A stretch of 64,000 nucleotides of DNA from Eledone cirrhosa. Its lineage: Eukaryota. The stretch lies in contig OZ024749.1 of the NCBI GenBank assembly GCA_964016885.1, positions 4,650,001 through 4,714,000 of the forward strand, given 5' to 3'. The notes under the pieces were generated by a model. The model was not told the DNA's origin. It saw only the letters and a list, made by a program, of their open reading frames with translations, and did not search any database. Shown one piece after another: positions 59,301 to 64,000 of the stretch (position 1 is the stretch's first letter; the number at the start of each line of letters is the position of its first letter). The position numbers and the translations under genes are program-made.

Positions 59301-59590
59301 TTTTAATATAGATGAGATTCTACAGGACTAGAACTGTTTCATTAGCTTTCAATGAATTCCCTTTTCTTTCAACCAATGACCTCCGCCCATCCCACTCCCC
59401 AACCTCTCCTACCACCAGAAAATATATAAATACTACAACATTTATTTTGGACATCCAGATTTCTGATGATTTCTAAAGAATGAAACAGTTCTAGTCCTGT
59501 AGAATCTCATCTATATTAAAACTGTTATAATCTGCTATGTATTGAGTATCTTACTTACTGTGGTTACCCCCGATTCAACTCGGAATAACT
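59301..59590 (+). mobile_element. PLE pLTR (family Q) with a short inverted copy at its 5' side
   Basis: 59301-59343 is the reverse complement of 59479-59521; body homologous to 32225-32440. Confidence 0.8.
59457..59507 (+). ncRNA. Type-I hammerhead ribozyme (family Q), intact core
   Basis: AGAUUU-CUGAUGA-uUUC(uaaa)GAAu-GAAACAG(uucuaguc)CUGUA^GAAUCU. 6-bp stem I, 4-bp stem III, GUA triplet. Confidence 0.77.
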
Positions 59591-59635
59591 TACCTATATA
59601 TTTAATATGTTTATAATATAAATATATATAATATG

Positions 59636-59673
<38 letters not shown>

Positions 59674-59720
59674 TATATATGTATATATAAGTATAAAATA
59701 TATATACGTATATAATATAT

Positions 59721-59830
59721 ATAATTGTTTCTGCATTTGGCACAAGGCCACCAATTATCCGAATGCATTACTGGTGCTTTATTTTATCGACTGTAAGGAT
59801 GAAAGGCAAAGTTAACCTGGGCGGGAATTG
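59721..59830 (-). mobile_element. SINE (Meta-domain-like) 3' fragment; another at 59111-59171
   Basis: Same core as 62494-62684. Confidence 0.8.
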
Positions 59831-60107
59831 ATATATATATGTATATATATATAATATAGGCTAATTCCTTGGGCTAATTCCTTGGGATTGGATTCCATTG
59901 TGAATTGTATGTTATTATCTTTGTTGTTTATCATGTTTTTAAACATAGTAAGTGAGTTCATGTCTTCTTGCCATAGGATAGAAGACATGAACTCACTTAC
60001 CATAGACAAGAAGACATGAACTCACTTACTTTGTTTAAAAACATGATACACAACATAGATAATAACATACAATTCACAATGGAATCCAATCCCATATCCA
60101 AGCCTTC

Positions 60108-61040
60108 TTGGATATTCTCATATCTGTAATAGACGGGAAATTAGATACAGATATATTCTATAAACCCACAGATTCCAAGCAATACCTCTTTTTCACATCA
60201 AGTCACCCAAAACATACACAACTTAACATTCCTTACAATTTGGCCAAACGTATATGTACCATAGTATCAGATCCACCTAAACGGGAGCAAAGACTAACGG
60301 AACTAAAAGACACCCTTATCTTAAGAGCCTTTCCACCTGAAATAATCAACAATGGAATAGACAGGGCAAAACACCTAAATCCCCATCAACTTAACAATCC
60401 AAAAAAGAAAACCACACTCAACACCCTGCCATATGTATCCACTTTCAACCCCAGAAATACCGAAATGTTTGATCACCTACACAAAAACCTCCCCATCCTA
60501 CTTAAAGATGTAAAAATGAAGTCTATTCTTGAAACACACAAGATCCTTAAAAGTAAAAGACAACCCAAATCACTAAAACGCATTCTCACTGGACCAAATA
60601 TACCCAAACCAATTCTCAACCCTACAGTTACCAAATGTGGTAGAACAAACTGTGGAACGTGCCTCTACCTCACTGAAGGACAAAAATTTACATTTAAAGA
60701 TGGCCAAACATTTACAGTAAAAAGCAATTTCACCTGCAACTCGGAGAACTTGATTTACGCAATAACTTGCGGTGGGTGCAAACACAACTACATAGGACAG
60801 ACGGGCGCCTCATTACGCAAAAGAATGACCATCCACCGCCAACAAATCCGGGACGCTAGCACAAGAAAAATCCCCTTGAGCAGCCATATTGCGAACTGCG
60901 CAGGAATGACACTACCCAACTTTAAAATCTTCCCCTTCTACAAGTGCTCAGATTCGTTCACACAGCAACAAAGAATAAACAAAGAAAATCTATTCCTTAA
61001 CACATTTAAACCAAAACTAAACGGGTTATCACCCCAATAG
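60108..61040 (+). CDS. PLE polyprotein C-terminal part (RT thumb, CxxxxCxxC linker, GIY-YIG endonuclease); truncated transposon ORF
   Basis: Uninterrupted 310 codons: DIFYKPTDSKQYL...HP, CGRTNCGTC, NLIYAITCGGCKHNYIGQT..LRKRMTIHR, LSSHI and E...I/L....PKLN. Confidence 0.88.
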   Translation: MDILISVIDGKLDTDIFYKPTDSKQYLFFTSSHPKHTQLNIPYNLAKRICTIVSDPPKREQRLTELKDTLILRAFPPEIINNGIDRAKHLNPHQLNNPKKKTTLNTLPYVSTFNPRNTEMFDHLHKNLPILLKDVKMKSILETHKILKSKRQPKSLKRILTGPNIPKPILNPTVTKCGRTNCGTCLYLTEGQKFTFKDGQTFTVKSNFTCNSENLIYAITCGGCKHNYIGQTGASLRKRMTIHRQQIRDASTRKIPLSSHIANCAGMTLPNFKIFPFYKCSDSFTQQQRINKENLFLNTFKPKLNGLSPQ

Positions 61041-61362
61041 AATTGTCATAAAATATAAACACACATACGCACGGAGTGACAGATATATGTGTTTGTAGGT
61101 GTACATGTATATAATTATCACTACTATTAAAGACCAGAGACCAATTCTGTAGAATCAGGTTTATTCGTTGATAGACCATGCCTTTGTGTGACCAACACAT
61201 CCATGTTAAACCCTGCACGTGCACACACATATATCTATATATATATGCGCACACAGAATTCACCACTGTCGGTTGCGGGGCCCAATCTACATGAAGAACT
61301 CAATGTGATCAGAATGACTTGTATTTTAATTTCACTGTCCTAACTTCTTATATTATGGAAAA

Positions 61363-61421
61363 AATATATGTGTATGTATGTATATATATATATTTGGAGG
61401 CCATTTCTCTGTGTGTCGGTG

Positions 61422-61462
<41 letters not shown>

Positions 61463-61862
61463 ATGTGGATGTGTGTGCGTGTGTGTGTGTGTGTATGTAT
61501 GTGTGTATCTGGATGTATGCGTATGTATATATATATATGTGTGTGTGTATATATGTGTGTGTATGTGTATATATATGTGTGTGTGTGTGTTTGTATGTGT
61601 GTATGTATATATATGTGTGTGTGTGTATGTATGTGTGGGGGTGTGTGTGTATATATATGTGTATGTATATGTGTGTATATATGTGTATGTACACATATAT
61701 ATATATGTGTGTGGGTGTGTGTGTGTGTGTATGTATGTGTGTATCTGGATGTATGTGTATGTATATATATGTGTGTGTGTGTATATATATATATGTGTGT
61801 GTGTGTATGTGCATATATGTGTATGTGTGTGTGTATATATATGTATGTGTGTATATGTATGG

Positions 61863-61900
<38 letters not shown>

Positions 61901-61952
61901 ATGTATATGTATATGTATGTATGTGTGGATGAAGGTATGTGTGTATATATAG
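61363..61952. repeat. Compound (TG)/(TA) microsatellite inside the PLE 3' UTR
   Basis: Direct reading. Confidence 0.96.
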
Positions 61953-62275
61953 GTGTAAGTGCACTAAACCCTTTCTATCAATCTCCCCTCTCCTACCTAC
62001 CACGGGAAGATATATGTATGTATATTGCTTCCATCCCCTCACTAACCAGCAGCTGGCCATCTGGCCATTGCTAAATTTGACCTTTATAAAATAACCCACA
62101 CCCCCAAATAACTTCGCATTCACTACCAGCAAGGCACACAGCAGTCAACGAGCTGCTAAACGAGCTGCTACCAAGATGAAAAATACTGTGAAATCCCACA
62201 ATGAATTTTATACTTGAATTTTCAAATCTCAAATTTTAACTCTTCTTATAATTAATTTTTCTTAATATTAATCAA

Positions 62276-62320
62276 CATTTGAAAAGATGGCTTTTGCAGA
62301 CCCATCGAAACCGGTCATTT
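62276..62320 (+). ncRNA. Degenerate minimal hammerhead in PLE 3' pLTR
   Basis: UUGAAAA-GAUGG(cuuuugcagac)CCAUC-GAAA-CCGG-UC. Same ACCGGU stem III as 2287-2328; the CUGANGA box is mutated. Confidence 0.55.
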
Positions 62321-62493
62321 TTTATATTCTTTATTATTTCCCTACCTTATAAAATCATATGTTTTTTCACAAAAAAGTATTCTGTCTCTTATATATTCCA
62401 TGTGCCATTACCAACCTCAATTTTCTCTATAACCTTCGTTTTGTGTAGTAAATTACACTTTTCATATATAGTATACTATATATATATATATAT

Positions 62494-62684
62494 AATTGTT
62501 TCTACTTTTGGCACAAGGCCAGCAATTAACCAGTACATTACTGGTACTTTATTTTATCGACCCCGTAAGGATGAAAGGCAAAGTTAACCTCGGCGGGATT
62601 TGAACTCAGAATGATAAGGGCAGTAACTCTATGCGTCAAAGTATGGCGTCCGACCCTCTACCGACACTGCCAATCCACCGCCCT
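62494..62684 (-). mobile_element. Full-length tRNA-derived SINE (Meta-domain-like)
   Basis: 5' GGGCGGTGGATTGGCAGTGTCGGTAGAG (A box), GAGTTCAAATCCC (B box), core GCCTTTCATCCTTACGGGGTCGATAAAATAAAGTACCAG and an AT tail. Confidence 0.9.
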
Positions 62685-62746
62685 ATATATATAATGTATG
62701 AAATATATATATATATAATATAATGTAATATATATATATATATTAT

Positions 62747-63160
62747 AATACCAGCCGAAAGACCCAAGCCTGGCTGTCAGAGAACTTCGTCGACCAGATT
62801 TCACCTGACATCTGGCCTCCCAGCTCGCCTGACTGCAACCCCCTCGACTTCTTTGTGTGGGGCGCAGTGGAACGAGACACCAACAGATCTAGCTGCAATA
62901 CCAAAGACGATCTGAAGACCAGGATCACAAATGCCTTTAGGGGCCTAAGTCGGGCGACAGTGACGAAGGCGTGTAGCCGGTTTCGAGGCCGCCTTGAGGT
63001 CGGCATCAAAGCCAATAGCGGGTTTATCGAGTGAGATCGAAAGAACTAGTTATCAAGTCAAACTGACCCAAGTTTGATAAATATATCTTAAAAAATAAAA
63101 CTACTGTGTTATTTTTTCCTAGAAAGTAACCTTGGGAACAAATATCGTCCGCACCCTGTA
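62747..63160 (+). mobile_element. Tc1/mariner superfamily (maT/DD37D-like) transposon right end
   Basis: Open frame TQAWL...WPPSSPDCNPLDFFVWG...ACSRFRGRLE...GFIE* (stop at 63032-63034), then a TIR-like end ...cgtccgcaccctg|TA. Confidence 0.88.
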
Positions 63161-63328
63161 TATGTAATATACATAACATATATATGTAATATAATATATA
63201 TTATAATATATATATATAATATAATATGTATGTAATATACATATAATATATATAATATAATATGTAATATATATATTATATATAAACTATATTATATATA
63301 CTATATTATATATACTGTATTATATATA

Positions 63329-63384
<56 letters not shown>

Positions 63385-63387
<3 letters not shown>

Positions 63388-63793
63388 TGGCTGCCAACTC
63401 GTTTTCGAGTACGGCCACTACTTTATATCTATGTAGGAGAACCCCTACTGATGCGCTGAACGAGTGTGGCTTTTAGTCCAGCCAGCGACTTGAAAACTCT
63501 GGTACAAACACTACACTTGTGACAATTATTGACACATAGTGCTGGGCCCATGGTATCATGTGATGACAAGTGCAGAGAGATCTCCAGATATAAAGCAATG
63601 CCTGTGCTGTGAAGCTTTTATAGTGAGCAAAGGCACTGCACAAAGCCAGTCCCACTCTCTTAACCAAGATGATATTTACCAAAAAGAAGAACAAGTCAAC
63701 ATCATTGGATACCATCAGGGTTGCAGGTGTTATATCAGAGTTTTCCTTCTCCTAGAATTCTGCCTTGACAAAGGCTAAGGGGTCATCTCTCCC
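63385..63793 (-). mobile_element. Family A retroposon, 5'-truncated
   Basis: Reverse complement of ~7948-8357. Confidence 0.87.
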
Positions 63794-64000
63794 TTATACA
63801 TACACATACATACATACATATACATATTCTGTCAGGTATACATTGCTTTAGAATTAGAATTGGTTGATATATTATATCGGTGAAGCAGTATCTACACAAT
63901 TGATTTCATCTTTAGTTTTTAGCAGTATTACTTTAGCCGTGGTTTAGCACAGTTAATGTATCGAACAAAATATTTTTTTTTACATTAACTACCTAATCTT

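Larger units (their letters stand above)
59865..62460 (+). mobile_element. 5'-truncated Neptune-type PLE with 5' inversion; 3' UTR interrupted by a microsatellite
   Basis: 59883-59970 is an inverted copy of 60007-60093; ORF 60108-61040; degenerate hammerhead at 62276-62320. Confidence 0.88.

Noticed and set aside
62590-62684. tRNA gene (also at 41188 and 27519)
   Set aside because: A/B boxes are present but there is no full cloverleaf, and the sequence continues into a multi-copy SINE body.

Overview
Eukaryotic, very AT-rich, essentially gene-free genomic DNA, not prokaryotic. The very long compound (TA)n/(TATG)/(CA)n microsatellites, the tRNA-derived SINEs and the transposon mix are most consistent with a coleoid cephalopod (octopus-like), which is an inference. 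Nearly all long ORFs in the track (IYIY/YIHT/CVCV) are microsatellite artefacts. Recognisable coding remnants all come from transposons: Penelope-like elements (PLEs; two Neptune-type RT/GIY-YIG copies plus Naiad- and Nematis-like fragments), an RTE LINE, an R4/Dong-type RLE retrotransposon, Sola2, Chapaev and maT/mariner transposases. There is also a non-autonomous Helitron and a young bipartite RTE-derived repeat in six copies. The most interesting hidden layer is non-coding. About 14 minimal type-I hammerhead ribozyme (HHR) motifs, intact or degenerate, from several unrelated families lie in ORF-less PLE pseudo-LTR (pLTR) units. Many are arranged as fold-back palindromes embedded in (TA)n arrays. 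One family folds back exactly at HHR stem II, leaving half-ribozyme palindromes. Two families share a conserved bulged hairpin (ACUC-URC-loop-GUA-UU-GAGU) whose GUAUUGAGUA strand starts 37-40 nt downstream of the predicted cleavage site. No host gene can be confidently identified. All structures were read by eye and element boundaries are approximate.
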